From the NCBI GenBank assembly GCA_031835245.2, contig JAVKOQ020000051.1, positions 1 through 64,000 of the forward strand: a stretch of DNA of 64,000 bases, in the 5' to 3' direction. Source of the DNA: Balamuthia mandrillaris. Taxonomy: Eukaryota. Positions 39,477 to 53,089 of the stretch are shown here, piece after piece (position 1 is the stretch's first letter; the number at the start of each line of letters is the position of its first letter). The notes beneath the pieces are model-generated. The model was not told the DNA's origin. It saw nothing but the letters and a program-made list of their open reading frames with translations, and did not search any database. The position numbers and the translations under genes are program-made.

Positions 39477-40510
39477 ATGAACATCGTGAATAGACCCGTC
39501 CTGAACATCGTGGACAGACCAGTTACCAAAGGCAAGAAAGAGGTTTGTTCGTTTTAAAAAAAATTAAACAAAACACTCAATGATGATTGCGGCTTTATTT
39601 TTAAAAGGTCAGCTTGAGTGCGTTTGCCTATCTATTCTCTGAGTTTGTGCAGTTCTCGCAAGACAAAGTAAACGATGTGACAAAGCTGGAGACACGCCTC
39701 TCAAACGCTGGCTACCACGTTGGCATTCGTGCACTGGAACTCATCAGCTTCAGAGAGAAAAATTACAAACGAGACGTGGGTATGTTGTTTATCTCTGTGT
39801 ATATGTGGTGTGTTGTTTTGTTTCAGCTTTGCAGGAAGATAACTTCATCCTTCTTGTTATTGTTCTTCTTCTGCTTCTTTTCCTTTCTTCTTCTTATCTT
39901 CTTCTTCTTCTTCGAACAAAAAGAATTGTTGAGAATTTTGGCATTTATATCGTATACGATGTGGAAGGTCCTGTTTGGCCAACAAGCACTGCTTGAACGA
40001 AGCACCGACAATGATGATGAATGTAACGTTTCATTCTATGTTCTTTGCTTTTCGCTGCTTCTTTTTCTTTCTTTTCTTCTTTCGTTACTCTTCTTTCTGC
40101 TTTCGTCTTCTCCGCTTCTTCCGTCTCTGCTTTCTTCATTGTATTAACATTCAGCTCCTTTGCTATCGAAAGATATGATACGACCAGAAGGAGACTCCAT
40201 TCTCAACAAATACATTTCAGTGCCGAAAGACTTTGGTGGTCTCAACTGTGCTGCGTTTGCTGCTGGTGTGGTCAAAGGTGCTCTTGACGGCGCTGAGTTT
40301 GTGCGTTCTCCTCCCCTGCTCTGCTTCTCAGCTTCTATGCTTTTCTCTGCGCTGCTTCTCACCTCATTTCTTGTGTGTGTTCAGCCCGCAAAAGTAACAG
40401 CGCATTATGTTCCTTCCAAGAAAGACGCAGCCCAACTCGAAACAGTTATTCTCATTAAGTTTGATAAAGCCGTTCTCGAGCGAGAAAAGAAGCGAAGCAG
40501 TTCCTCTTAA
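39477..40510 (+). CDS. TRAPPC5: TRAPP complex subunit 5, right copy
   Basis: Mirror of 3207-4240. Confidence 0.95.
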
Positions 40511-40570
40511 GAACTTTTTTACCTATTTTTTTAACCTTTTCCTTGCTGTAAATAAGAAGAAAAACTGTTT

Positions 40571-41232
40571 TCAGGACTCCACTTTGTTGACGAGAGCTGT
40601 GATGCATTCAATGTAGAACTGTTTGAACGCCTCATCGTCCACTCCTAACAAAACTTCTGTGTTCAGATGATATCCCTCTTCCTTTCTGAAATGTCCCTTC
40701 CAATCTATTTGAGAGTTTCAAAGTTAGGAACAAAACAAACCCAACAAGAATAAAACCATGAAGAGAATGAACAAGAACACGAAAACAGAAAAGAAGGAAC
40801 AGCCAAGGTGAGAATGTACCAGGAACACACATGCCCTTGGTTCTCTCTCCTTTGGATTCTACGTCAATGTAGATCTGCTGCTTCTTCGTGAAGAACTCTG
40901 GTCTCAAAACTGCCATCACAGCTGATGAATCATGTATCTATTCGTTTGCTTTGCATCAGCCCAAACAAACAAAAAAGAGCAAGAAGAACGCAAAAGAACG
41001 CAAGAAACGTACAGCAATCTTTTCTGGGTCATTACCCCATTTCGTCAACAAAGCGACGTAATGCTCGGTAGTGTTATAAATAAAGTCTCCAATCTCGCCG
41101 ATTCCTTTGAGGGTTTGACGGAAGGAAGAGTTGAGATGAACTTGTCTCGTTACGTTGAGAGGCACTAACGTCAAAGGAAACTTGGCGTTAAGCACCGTCT
41201 TTGCTGCCAGCGCGTCACTTTACGGAATGAAC

Positions 41233-41275
<43 letters not shown>

Positions 41276-42707
41276 AATAAATGGACGAAAAAGATTCGAA
41301 AGAGTAAGATGGAAGTATTGTGGTAATACGTACTTGCCAAAGTTAGCCTCAGCAACAGGAGTTATATTTCCAGGTTCATTTAATACTCCTCCCATAGACA
41401 CTGTTTTATTTTGATTTGAGAAGCGAAAGTCAGAGAAGCAAAACAAAAAAAAGGTGAGAAAGAAACACCAGAGGCATAGCAGTACCAATGCGTTTCACGT
41501 ATTGAGGAAGTTCGGGACATTTTTGAAAAGCAGTTGCAATGTTGGTCAATGGACCCAACGTTATGATGGTTATCTTTTTACAATAGTGGAGATGAGAGAA
41601 ACGAAGGAACGAACAAATAAAGAGACACATACAAAAACAACGATAAGAATGAACAAACGAAAAGAGAGGGGGAGAGAGAGAGAGAGAGAGAAACGAACAA
41701 AGAAAGGAAAAAAGAAGACAACAAAAATACAAACCTGTTTGGGATTTTGTTTGCAGGTCTCGATGATGAAGTCAGCAGCACTGGTCTCCTGTACGAGGTG
41801 GCGGTTTACCACCTCGCGACCGGCAAAGCCGCCGATGGCGTTCTCGCCGTGCACTCTTACGCCACTGTGACCGCCGTAAACGCCGTCCTTTTATATTTGT
41901 AAAAGTTAAACCAAACAATAAACAAACTAAAAATATTTAAAAAAAAGAAAAAAAGAAAAAGAAAAGAAAAAGAAAAAAAGAAAAAGAAAAAAAGAAAAAG
42001 AAAAAGAAAAAGAAAAAGAAAAAAGAAGAAAAATAAAGAAAAAGGGAAAAAAAATAAAGAAAAAGAAAAAGAAAAGAAAAAGAAAAAAAGAAAAAGAAAA
42101 AGAAAAAGAAAAAAGAAAAAAGAAAAAAGAAGAAAGAAGAAAAATAAAGAAAAAGAAAAAGAAAAAGAAAAAGAAAAAGAAAAAAAAAGAAAAAAGAAAA
42201 AAGAAAAAAGAAAAAAAGAACTCAAAAAACTATATAATTGCAACGAAGCTAATAAATGAAAGTTCGGACGGACCAAAGGAACAGCGCAGCCCTTGTAAAC
42301 GTTGATGTTTTCAGCAGCGGCCATGTCCAGCACGCGACAAGCATTCCCGGCCAACAGATCCAAGTCGTAGTGGTTCCCAAAAATGATGGTCACTCCTTTC
42401 TATTCGGTTGGAAGAAGGAGAAAAAAAAAACTTTATACAGTCGTTGACAGAACCCCCCAAAAAAAATAAAAGCAAACGAACCACTTGGATGCGATGAGGA
42501 CAAGAAAGAGCCAAGAAAAGAGCCATGCAATCATCGATACCGGGATCCGTGTCGATGATCACTTGCTCCGGTGCGGTAGACCCTACAGAAAAAAACCGTT
42601 TTTGGTTTGAATGAGTGAAGGAATACTTCACAGGTAACAGCACGCCAGAGGGAAACAAGGGGAAGAAAAGAATTACAAAACAAACCAGTGTCGCTTGATT
42701 CAGCCAT
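40571..42707 (-). CDS. Inosine-uridine nucleoside hydrolase, right copy
   Basis: Mirror of 1010-3146. Confidence 0.93.
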
Positions 42708-42977
42708 AGTGCCTCACCGTGTTCTTCTTTTTCTTTTTCTTTGTCGTTACAATAATTGCTACGGATTATCGATACATCCAATTTATCACCAACAATTTAT
42801 CAACTAATTCACCGCCTTAATATTTCATTTCCTTTATTGACAATTATTACGTAACATGATTATTATTTCTATAAAATTTCATCGGTTCTGCAATGGAATA
42901 AATTGCCAATGTCTACAATAAATTTGGATAACAAAAAAAAATGCCAAAAGGAAAATAATTATCACAACACAAACAAC

Positions 42978-44166
42978 ATGAAGAAAGCGCACAAGGATGA
43001 CTTTAGTTGGGAGGACGACAGCGACGACGACGCCCCGCTCGCCCTCTACGAGAAGCTGGATGACTTTGAGTTCGAGCCCACCGTGGAGGCCGCCCACGAC
43101 GCCATCCTCGAGAACGCCGTCACCATCAGCCATCAGGCCACCTTGGACCGGGTGACGGAGGCCAGGAAGTACCTCTACTACAATTGCCTGCTGAAGGGCA
43201 AGTGGGAGGCCACCAAAGGGAAGTTGATCATGGTGTGCGTGGATGGCTCCACGCAGGCCCACAAAGCCTTCCAACGGGCAGTATCTCTCATCAAACCTGA
43301 AGACCACCTCTTCTGTGTAGCGAGTACGTTTTTTTTTCTCTCTTGTTTTTTTTCTTTTTCTTTTTTTTAGTTATTTTTATTTTTTATTATTTTCTTTTCT
43401 ATTTTTTTTCATTTTTTTTATTTATTCGTTTTTATTGCAGTTTTGTTGTAAACATTTTAATGGGTTTTTTTTTTTTTTTTGGTTGAAGTTCGGTCGTTGG
43501 CTTCGGTGACGGACGTGTCGAGAAGAACGGAAAGCTTATCAGAGACCACCACTCTGCTCCTCCGTTATGAGCTTTGGAAGGCCACTCGCAACATCCTCAC
43601 GTAAGTCTCATTTGTTCACAACGTTTTTTCTTGTTTGCAATACCAGACTAATCATGCTCTTCTCTACCTCTCTCGTGTCTCTTGTGTCTCCCTTGTCTGT
43701 CTTTCTTTTCTCCTCTGCATAGACCATACAAAGATGAGCTCAAACGAAAGAACATTCCATGCTCCGTCTACTTTCCGGAAGCAAAGAACACTCGCCGCAT
43801 GCTATGCAAGATTGCCATGTACTTTGACGTTGACCTCCTCATTCTAGGCCTCAACGGCAAAGGACACCAAAAACGGGGTCATAGCTCAAGGTTACTCCTC
43901 TCTCCTTCGTTCTCTTTTTCCTTTTTCTCTTCTCTTCTCTTCATCGTTCTCTTCTCTTCATCGTTCTCTTCATCGTTCTCTTCATCGTTCTCTTCATCGT
44001 TCTCTTCTCTTCTCTCCGCTTCTCTTCTCTCTTTTTCTAGTGAGAATGCAAAACATATCTTTATTCGCTTGTTTCATTTGGATACACATATTATAGATCA
44101 GGGATAGGAGCACACACTAGTTACTGTCTGCAACACGCCCGTTGTCCTGTTATGATTGTAAAGTGA
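42978..44166 (+). CDS. Universal stress protein family, complete copy, with acidic N-terminal extension
   Basis: IMVCVDGS, DVDLLILGLNGKG, IGAHTSYCLQHARCPVMIVK*. Confidence 0.9.
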
Positions 44167-44854
44167 ATAAAAAGCAAATAAGTTTTAAGATTTCTGTTTT
44201 TCAAAGAGAGAGGGAAACAAAACAGAAAACAGCAAACGAAACCACAACGAAAAAAAAAAAGACAAAAAAAGAAACAAAGAAATGAAGGCCTCAGGCATGT
44301 TGTTGTTTAAAAGTGTGTCATCATCTTCCTTTAAAAAGAATGACAGCATAGCGTATATTTAAAGTATGTGCATCATGCCTTCAAGTTTTTCGTTTTTAAC
44401 GGTTCACGAAACAACTAACAAGGAGGGCATAACTAACCTGCTTCTTCTCACACCCCCAAGGGGGGCGGAGGAATGGTTTGGGTATAATGTGATGTTTACA
44501 GAAAATAAGAGAAAAGAAAAAAGTAAGGAAGGAACCAAAGGTAAGGAAGGAAGGGCTAAGAAGGGGGAGTCTTTTAGGTAAGGTGGACGATCTCCAAATG
44601 ATTTGATGGGCGAACCGTTGCCCACCTAAAACCCTATTTTCGAATTTCCATTGGTAAGTCGGCTATGCCAATCGGAGAAATTTATAGATCATAATCATCC
44701 AACAGGAGAATTTCTTTCAATCTATCTGCCCGATTAGAAGAAACAACAAAGTAGCGCTCTACTCATTTGCAGAGGTGCAACGTGCATTGGGCTCTTCTCG
44801 CTTCTCTCTGCTGTTACACACACATACTCACAACCAAACCAAACAGGAAAACAA

Positions 44855-45286
44855 ATGAGCTGTTCTGCTGCTTCCTTCAACAGTGCGCTGGTCTATCCGA
44901 CCCTTGCCACGGGCGCCGCCCTCCTGGTCTACTCCTACCAGGCCATGACCGTCGGCGAGAAGCGCAAGCAGCACAGAGTGAAGCCGCCCGCCACCACCGG
45001 CCACCCCGAGTTCGAGCGCGCCTTCCGCGCGCACCAGAACACTCTGGAGAGCTTGGCCGTGTTCGTGCCCTCCGTCTACGCCTTCTCCTACCTGGTCAGC
45101 CCTCGCTGGGCGGGCATAATCGGCTCCGTCTACGCCGCCAGCCGCTTGGCCTACGGCATCGCCTACGTCAGGGAGGCTGATAGCAGGTCCTACCCTTTCC
45201 TCGGCTCCTTCATCGCCCAAAACGTTTTGCTGCTCGGCGCCGTGGGAAGTGCTCTTCGCCTCACTTACCTCCACTGCAGATCTTAA
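44855..45286 (+). CDS. MAPEG family membrane protein (microsomal GST / LTC4 synthase-like), intronless
   Basis: VGEKRKQHRVKPPATTGHPEFERAFRAHQNTLE, SRLAYGIAY; four hydrophobic segments. Confidence 0.93.
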   Translation: MSCSAASFNSALVYPTLATGAALLVYSYQAMTVGEKRKQHRVKPPATTGHPEFERAFRAHQNTLESLAVFVPSVYAFSYLVSPRWAGIIGSVYAASRLAYGIAYVREADSRSYPFLGSFIAQNVLLLGAVGSALRLTYLHCRS

Positions 45287-45343
45287 GAAAACAAGAAGGG
45301 AACCTTCGCCTCAAAGAACTTTGTTGTAATAAACCTCTGTTTT

Positions 45344-46442
45344 TCAAGCAGTCAACGTTCGTTGGGCGCTTTCAAGCGTGCCCTGAAGCAACATGGCGAC
45401 GGTCATGGGACCCACGCCACCGGGCACAGGCGTGATGGCGCCGGCCCTGCGTTTGACGCCCTCAAACTCCACGTCGCCCACCAAGCGGTAGCCGGACTTG
45501 CGGCTGCTGTCGGGCTTGCTGTTGATGCCCACGTCGATCACCACGGCGCCCTCTTTCACCCAATCCTCCTTCACAAACTCGGTTTGTCCGATTGCAGCCA
45601 CCACTATTTCGTTTAGGTTTAGAGAGAATGAATAAGAGAGGAGAAGAGAAGAGAACGATGATGACGAGAAGAGAGTGGAGAGCAGAGGACAGAGAACGTA
45701 CGAATATCAGCTTGGCGACACTCAGCAGCAATGTCTTTGGTGCGCGAATGGCAGACAGTAACGGTGGCATTGGCGTGCATGAGCAGCAGGGCCATGGGCA
45801 CTCCCACGATGTTGCTTCTGCCCAACACGACCGCCTTCTTCCCCTCCAAAGGGATGTTGTAGCGCTTCAACAGCTCCATGCAGCCTTTGGGAGTGCAAGG
45901 GATGAAGCGTGGGGTGTGTCCTTTGAGCGCCAGTTGGCCCATGTTCAGCGGATGAAAGCCATCCACGTCCTTGTCCTGGCTCACCTCGTGCAGCACTCTC
46001 TTCTCGTTGATGTGAGAAGGGAGAGGCAGTTGAACAAGATAACTGAAATTAAAGCAAAGCAAATCAAATGTCAGTGAGGTAGTAGTGAAAAAAAAAAATC
46101 ATCAGTGCAAAAGTATGAAAAAAAAGGGCAGTACCCATGCACAGAGTCATCTTGGTTAAGGCTGTGCACTTCCTTAATCAGATCCTCTTCAGAGATGTCC
46201 TCGGGCAGGTGCTTCATCACAAAGTGCATGCCCACTTCCTCTGCTGCCTTTTGTTTCATCCTGACGTAGGTGGCCGAGTCCGTGCGACCGCCGACCAGGA
46301 TGACGCCCAAGCCGGGCACCTTGCCCGTTTTCTCCTTGAGCGCTTGCACGGCCTCCTTGACTTCCTCTCGGATGGTCTTGGCGGTGGCATTGCCATCGAT
46401 GATCAAAGGGCCATTGCTGCTGCTGCCTTCGCTGGTCGACAT
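45344..46442 (-). CDS. folD: Methylenetetrahydrofolate dehydrogenase/cyclohydrolase (3 exons)
   Basis: [55 protein letters not shown]. Confidence 0.96.
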
Positions 46443-46995
46443 CTTCACTACTTTTTTTTTTGGTTGGCACAAAAAGCAGAATGCAAAGAATTGCAAATAT
46501 CTAAACAATCGCAAACATTTGGTAGAATTTTAAATATGAAAGATATCTAAAGAATGTTTCCTAATATGGTAAACGTCGTCGTCGTTTGGGGATGGGAAAT
46601 GGCAAGGGACTGCTGCTTGCGGGGTGTGTGTGCAAAAGTTGGACAGTACGACTACGGTGGGGAGGGCATGGGTTCATGGCTTCCGTCCAACACCAAAAAT
46701 AGCAGTTGGTATAGCGACAAAACACCTGGTAGGTAACCAACGAAGCGGCAAAGAGCGAAGAAGAACGGAATACAATAGAAGCGTAGAACTGAGCCAGGGG
46801 ACACCAGCTCAACATTCTTGAGATTACATACTCAGAACATAAAGCTGTAGCCAGCAACACGTCTTCGAAAGGCAAAAGGGGAAAATAACCAGTTCACAAG
46901 ATCACGAAGCCGGATAAACCAAGTATTTACGCTCCGAGTATCAGTCGAAGGTAACAGGCGACCCCTTCCTACCATAGCATAAGTGACGGGCAGGA

Positions 46996-48997
46996 ATGTA
47001 CGAGCAAGAGCCCGGTCGACGGAGATCAAGCACAGGCACCGCCGACCAGGTCCGGTCCGTGGTGCGAGTCTACTACCTCGACTCGCGGGTCAACTCCTTT
47101 GCGCTGTTGGACAACCGCACCACCATTCTGGACCTCTTCAACCAGGTGGTGGAGAAGCAAGGCCTTAGAGAGTACAGATACTTTGCTCTGTTTGAGCGCA
47201 GAGGAGACAAAGACTGGGAGCGGTTTCTCAGAGCGGAGGAGTCAGTGTCCGAAGTTATGGAGAATTGGGAGTGGGAGAACTTGAAGAACGTCATCAAGAA
47301 CATGCCGCCTTCGTCTCTGGCTGCAAGCACTGCCGCAGCTGGAGGAGGAAGCTCCTCTTCCGCGACAGGCAGTCTGGGCAAAGACCGCAAGATCAAACGG
47401 CGCTCCCTCATCTTCTCTAAGAAGGACACCAAGAGGCGCTCCCTCATCTTCGCCCCCTCCACTAGAACAGGCATTCCTTACGCAGCCTCCCACGACGACG
47501 TTCACTCCTTGGGTGGGGATGCCCATCACTCCCAACTGCCCTCCTCCATTTCCTCCATGAGTCTCTCCGCTAGCTCCAGTGGTATAGGCTCAGGCGGAGG
47601 CGGTGGAAGCGGTGGAGGAAGCGGAATAGGAGGCAACCTCGGAGGGGCAACCAACTCACCCTCCAACAAAAGCAGTCGAGGGGGAGGCAGCCGCATCTTC
47701 GAGAGAGGAGACGAGGCCGACAAGCCCGAGCGCAAAGCGCAGCTGGTATTCAAGAAATCGGTCTACCTGCGAAGCGCCCATGACAAGGAGGAACGCGACC
47801 TGGTAGCCAAGCACCTCCTCTACGTGCAGGCCTGCCAGGACGTCATCGACTCCTACTATCCCTTCATCTCTGTGGCCACGGCCATTCGCCTGGCCGGCCT
47901 TCAGCTCCAAATCATCTTTGGGGACCAGAACAAGATCATAGCCAAGAAGAACGGCTTTGCGTTGAAGGAGGTGGAGCCCTTCGTGCCGAGGGACCTGCTG
48001 CCGTTGAAGAAACCCTCCGAATGGGAGCTGGCCCTCTTGGACGAGCACCGCAAGCACATCGGCAAGACGGACGGCGAGGCCAAGTCCGCCTACCTGGCCA
48101 TCGTCAAGAAGTTCCCTCTCTACGGCACGACCTTTTATCCGCCGGCGGAGAGCATGGTGGCCGTTGCCATCCCGCCCAACAAACAGAAGGAGAGGGAGGA
48201 GCTGCGGAGGCAGATATGGGAGATACAGGGAGAGAACAACCTCCACTTTGACCACGCTTTCGACGGAGACACGCCTCCTCCCCGTAAGTGTTCCTTTCTT
48301 TTCTTGTCTTCTTGTTGTCGATGTTGTCGATGTCGTTGTCGATGTCGTTGTCGATGTCGTTGTTGTTCTTGTTCTTCTTCTTCTCCGTCCTTCTTCCGCT
48401 TGTAATTGTTCTGTTGTTGCTAATACATGTTGCTTCGTTTGTTGAACAGAAACGGATGATGGCTTGAACAACATTCAAGAAGGGCAACAGATCATCATCG
48501 GCGTGAATGAAGATGGCATCATTCTCCTCTCCGAAGACAAACAGGTCATCGTCCTCAACTCCTACATGGAGCTCTCCGGTTGGGCAGCCACCGAGAGCAC
48601 CTTTGCCTTTGGTACCGACAAGAAAGTGAAGTACAAGTTCAAGACGGACTGTGGCTATGGCATCGTGCCCTTGATAGAGGCCTACATGAAGATCATGGTC
48701 GAAAAGTTGGAGGCAGGCGAGGAGGTGGCTGCTGCACTGGATTCGCCCAAAGGCGGGGGAGAGGAGAAAGCAGCGGTGGAAGAAGAGGCAACAAAAGCAG
48801 CTGCAGAAGAAGAAAAAGGTGGAGAAGCAGAGGAGAGCGAGAAGCGCCACAAGCCGTCAGGGGGAAAGAAAAAGTCATCGTCGTCAAAGGGAAGCAGCAG
48901 CAAAGGTCACCACCATCACAAAACGAAAAGGACGGGGGAGGAGAAGAAAGCAAAGTCCAGCAGCAAAAAGAAGGAAGGCGAAGGCGGAGGAGAGTGA
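46996..48997 (+). CDS. Stand-alone FERM-domain protein with Lys-rich tail
   Basis: VRVYYLD, YFALFE, LVFKKSVY, HLLYVQACQDVI, AIRLAGLQLQIIFGD, AKSAYLAIVKKFPLYGTTFY, IGVNEDGIILL. Confidence 0.9.
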
Positions 48998-49755
48998 TCT
49001 TGGAAGAGCGAGAGGGGAAGAAAGATACATGGAAGAAGAGCAAGAAAAAAGAAAAAAACAAAAAGGAAGGAAGTGTAAGCAGATCTGCTCTGATAAAGCG
49101 GGCTGTCGAAGCGATTGTTCGTGCGGCCCTGTAATGTTCTGTTTGTGCAAGTTTCGTTCTCCAACAAGAAGAACATAGAGAGAAACAAAAAAAAAAAACT
49201 CCGAAACTGTCGTGCGATTCTACCTGGACTTCTAAGAGACAGAAGGGAATCCGCGCCAACGGTAAGAAGGGAGCTGGTATGTTAAGCTTGTGTATTGATA
49301 AAGATTACGGTGGATCCTGCTTTAAAGGGATGCATCCTCCTACTGCGCTCCGATTGTGGGAACGCAATATATATCTATCTATTTTGAACGTGTTTACTAT
49401 GGTGTCGACATCAATCCGCCTTCTCTCTCCTCTCTTGCTCTCTCGCTCTCCTCTCAATCATCTCGTCGAGACTGCAAAGGCTGCAGTCCGTCGAATATAC
49501 TTATTTTGAGAGAAATATTAGGCCAAGACAACAGTAACTATTTTGTTGTTTGTTTTTATCTCTGGGGTGAATGCTTGTGCAATCCCTATTTCCTTGTTCT
49601 CCGCCCGCTCTTTTGTCTTTTATTTTTTGCAGCCTTTGCAGTCTTATCGCTATCGAGAAGAGCGAGACTGGTTACTAGTTAGCCTTTGATTTTTTATTTT
49701 GTTTTTATTCTTCAAGTTAAGAAAAAATGGATACAAAAACACATAAACTATTTCT

Positions 49756-52425
49756 TCATTCTTCGCTGCTTGAGGATGAAGCAGAAGAAGCAGAGGAAGA
49801 AGAATCTTCGCTCTCCATGTCGCTCATGGATTGACTCTCTGGGGAGGCATGCACCACGCTTGTTGACGTGTCAGAATTCATCGCTCTTGTTGACCGAAAC
49901 TTGCTCTCCTCTGTGGAAACCAACACATTACTATTCAATGTTCAAAAAGTACGGAAAACGAACGGCATACCTTGTGTTTTGTGCATGGAACGAGCTCTTT
50001 CATACTCACGCTTGTTGTGATGCGCTTTCAACACTAGAAGCTTTCCGCTCATGCCCTCCGCTCGTATCAGTCCTACCACCAAGCTTCTCCAGAAGGTGAA
50101 CGTGGGTTTCGTGAAGCCCAACGCCAGGAAAGCGGTCGTGCCAACGCAAGCCAGATTCAGAGTCACCACCACAAGAAAGCCAAAAGAGGGTGTTTCTTCC
50201 AGCTCGCACTCTGTTCCTGTAAATGCACTGCACCGTATCTGATAAAGACCCCTCACCAAGTGAGAAAAAGACAGGGAGAAGAGAGAGGGAGAGGGAGAGA
50301 GACTAGAAGAAGGGAAATGGCGAAATGAAACCTGATTCTCAATGGCGTCCTGAACGTCTTCTTTGATAACGCTTCCATAGATACGATAAGCGATTTGAAA
50401 GGCTCCCAACAACCAGTACAAACATAACAGGAGCAACACTCGAACAAAGTATTGCAAGTCCTTTCGCCAAGAGAATTCAAAAGTACGCTGTAAAGCAAAC
50501 AAAAGAAAATGAAGGGAAGGTGAGCCTCACGATGGAAAAAAGTAGAATAGAAGAACAGAGGATGAAATGTATACAAAAGCTAACGCCACCAGCACGCCTA
50601 TCATCAGGAAGGATCCGAAGAGCCAAGCTGCGATGACTAAACAAAACACAATGACGATGATGTTAGAGAAGGAGGAATGAAGAAGACGAAAAAAAAAAAA
50701 AAAGGAGAGTCATGACTTTACACCAAATGTAAAAACAGCCATACATCCACCAATCGGTGTCAGGATCGTAGATGAAGCACCATCCAATGGTTGGAGATGC
50801 TCCAATCTTTTTGGCCGCCATAGGGATGATTGTTAACACCACAGCTGCTCCCCAACCGAATAAATGGTACCTTCAAATAGAGAGGGGTTAATACAAAGGA
50901 ACAGGAGGAGGAAAGAAGAAAAAGAGGAACAAGTGTACCAAGGCTCCAGCTTTGCCAATTTGTCTTTTTTCACTTGAACTACGAGCAAGAGAACAAAGTT
51001 CAACCCCACAATGAACCACCAGAATGAAGCCGCCAATCCTCCAAAAGTGATCATCGCTCCTGTTATATACAAAACTGTTTAGGTTTTTTTTTGCTCTCTC
51101 TCTCTCTCTCTCACTCTTCTCTTCGCATCTCTTACCTTGTAATATACATCCAACGGATTCACCCCCTCCTACCTCCATTCCAAGATACTCTCCATCCTCC
51201 GAACATAAGAGCTCTCTCGCTCCACCGGCAAACATGCCAAACATTAGACCCAAAGTAGGCGGAATGGAAGTGGCGGCTAAAATGGGCAACAGATTGGCTG
51301 GAAACTGTCTTGTGATCGGGTTGAAGAAAGCGGTGAAGACGAAGAAAGCGCCCAGCAAGAAAGAGATGGTGCTGAAGATGTCCATGATGAGAAAGAGAGC
51401 GTCCCATTGCTCATCGGTGTAGACTGGGCCGGGGCAAGGGAGAGAGCAGAGTTGGGCGGGGTATTGGGTGTGAATGGCCTCCTCGAGGGAGCCGTGAAAC
51501 TCGGTAGGATAGGGACAATCGAGTTGAGTATATGGCACCTCTGCATGATGAAAGGTATTTAGAACAGGAAGAAGAGAAAAGAACAAAGATAAAGAAAAGG
51601 AGAGGAACAAGTACTGGCATCGGAGCCAAGAGCACAATTGGTTTCAGGAAATATACAAGGAGGTAACATGTTGGCCTTCCCTACGGACTCCAAATACTCC
51701 ACACATTCATTCGTCATGTTATGGCACAAGTCGATGCATGGGAATATGGCTATGAACGATCCACATTAGTATGTATGTACCAAAGATAACAAGGTGAAAA
51801 CGAAAAGAGAAAAAGAAGAAGAAGAGAAGAAGAAGTATAAGCATACATGTTTGTGTTGTCTCATTGCAAGCCAAATAAAAGTAATGACACGCCATTCGGA
51901 GCCCAGCATCACGGCACCCCACAGGGACCCAGACGCCCAGAGAGGCGGTGTAAGTCCGCACCTGGGCGGCGATGCCTTCCAACGTTTGTCCCTCGGAGAG
52001 GAAGAGCGGAAGGCCTTGGTCTTGCAGCAATGATTTACATTTGGGATCCACTTTGGCCAATAATTGCTCATCGTCGAGTGATATACAAGTTTGGCCTTGA
52101 GGTATTTATTTTTTTGAAGGGGAAAACGAAAAAAAAAAGAAGAGCAGAAATGAGAGAAAGAAAGATGCAAGAAACAAGGGGGAGGGGGAGGGAGGGGGAG
52201 GGGAAGAAGACAAGAAAAAGCAAAAGGAACAATACTTTCATGAGAACAAGAAGAAGAATAAGAACAAGAACAAGAAGAAGAAGAAGAAGAAAAGAAAGAA
52301 GAAGGAAGGAAGAAAGAAAGCAAGGAAGAAACGGTACCAACAGCCGGAGAGAGAAAGATACAAAAAGAAGAAGCTATGAACGCTGCCAACCAAAACGTTG
52401 TTCGGTGGTCGTACATTTTCTTCAT
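49756..52425 (-). CDS. Frizzled/Smoothened-like GPCR (Cys-rich domain plus 7TM)
   Basis: Signal peptide, CRDAGLRMACHYFYLAC, CPYP, CSLPCPGPVYTDEQW, RQFPAN, CILQG..FGGLAASFWW. Confidence 0.85.
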
Positions 52426-53089
52426 TTTTTTTTGTTGTTGTTGTTGTGTGTTGTTGTTGTAGCGAAAGAATAATGTGTATATTTGAAGGAAGTTGCCCAG
52501 CGCAAACAAAGAGTCCAGGCGAACAAGAAAAATAACCACTTGTCGCCAATTCTCTCTCTTTTCTGCTGCTCAATGCTGTTTCTCTCTATAATAAGATCCC
52601 CAAACCCGGAATTAATGATCGGAAATGGTTAATTAACTATGAGACCCGTTCGCTATTTGTATCTTTAGCGCTATCAAACTACCCTTTTGGCCGTGGGTGC
52701 GACAACAACCCAAACGGTCTCTCTCTTATCTTGTGGCAACACATTCCTTTCGCTATCTCTCTTAATTGACCTCCACACCCACTCCCACACCCCGTCTCCC
52801 CCCCCCAATGCACTCAGGAAGTGCAGTTGTTTCGTGTCTGGCTCCAGAAACTTCGTTATGGTCGGAATAGCGGCTGCCCACCAAGTGTTCTCGTCCAAGA
52901 AGCTCCCAGCGAGTTCAAGCGTTACCATCTGATCGCCGATCGAGCCACTTGTTTGAATTTTCAATGGAACGATTGAAGATCAAGTGCGGTAGATCATCAT
53001 ATTATGATTGTCGATTGGCTGTTGGATTGACGTCGACACAAATTCAAAGCGTTACCAGAAAGAAAAAGAAAGAGAGAAGGAGAAAAAAA

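Larger units (their letters stand above)
27580..43716. repeat. Inverted repeat, right arm
   Basis: Reverse complement of 1-~16335; diverged up to ~37426 and near-identical beyond. Confidence 0.96.

Noticed and set aside
1..43716. Giant transposon, Polinton or endogenous virus with terminal inverted repeats
   Set aside because: No transposase, integrase, polymerase or capsid recognised; the arms are intron-containing host genes.
46540..46990. Short ORFs between folD and FERM
   Set aside because: No recognisable motif or splice structure.
52674..52964. 96-aa ORF between the GPCR and RapGAP genes
   Set aside because: No recognisable homology; lies in a divergent promoter region.
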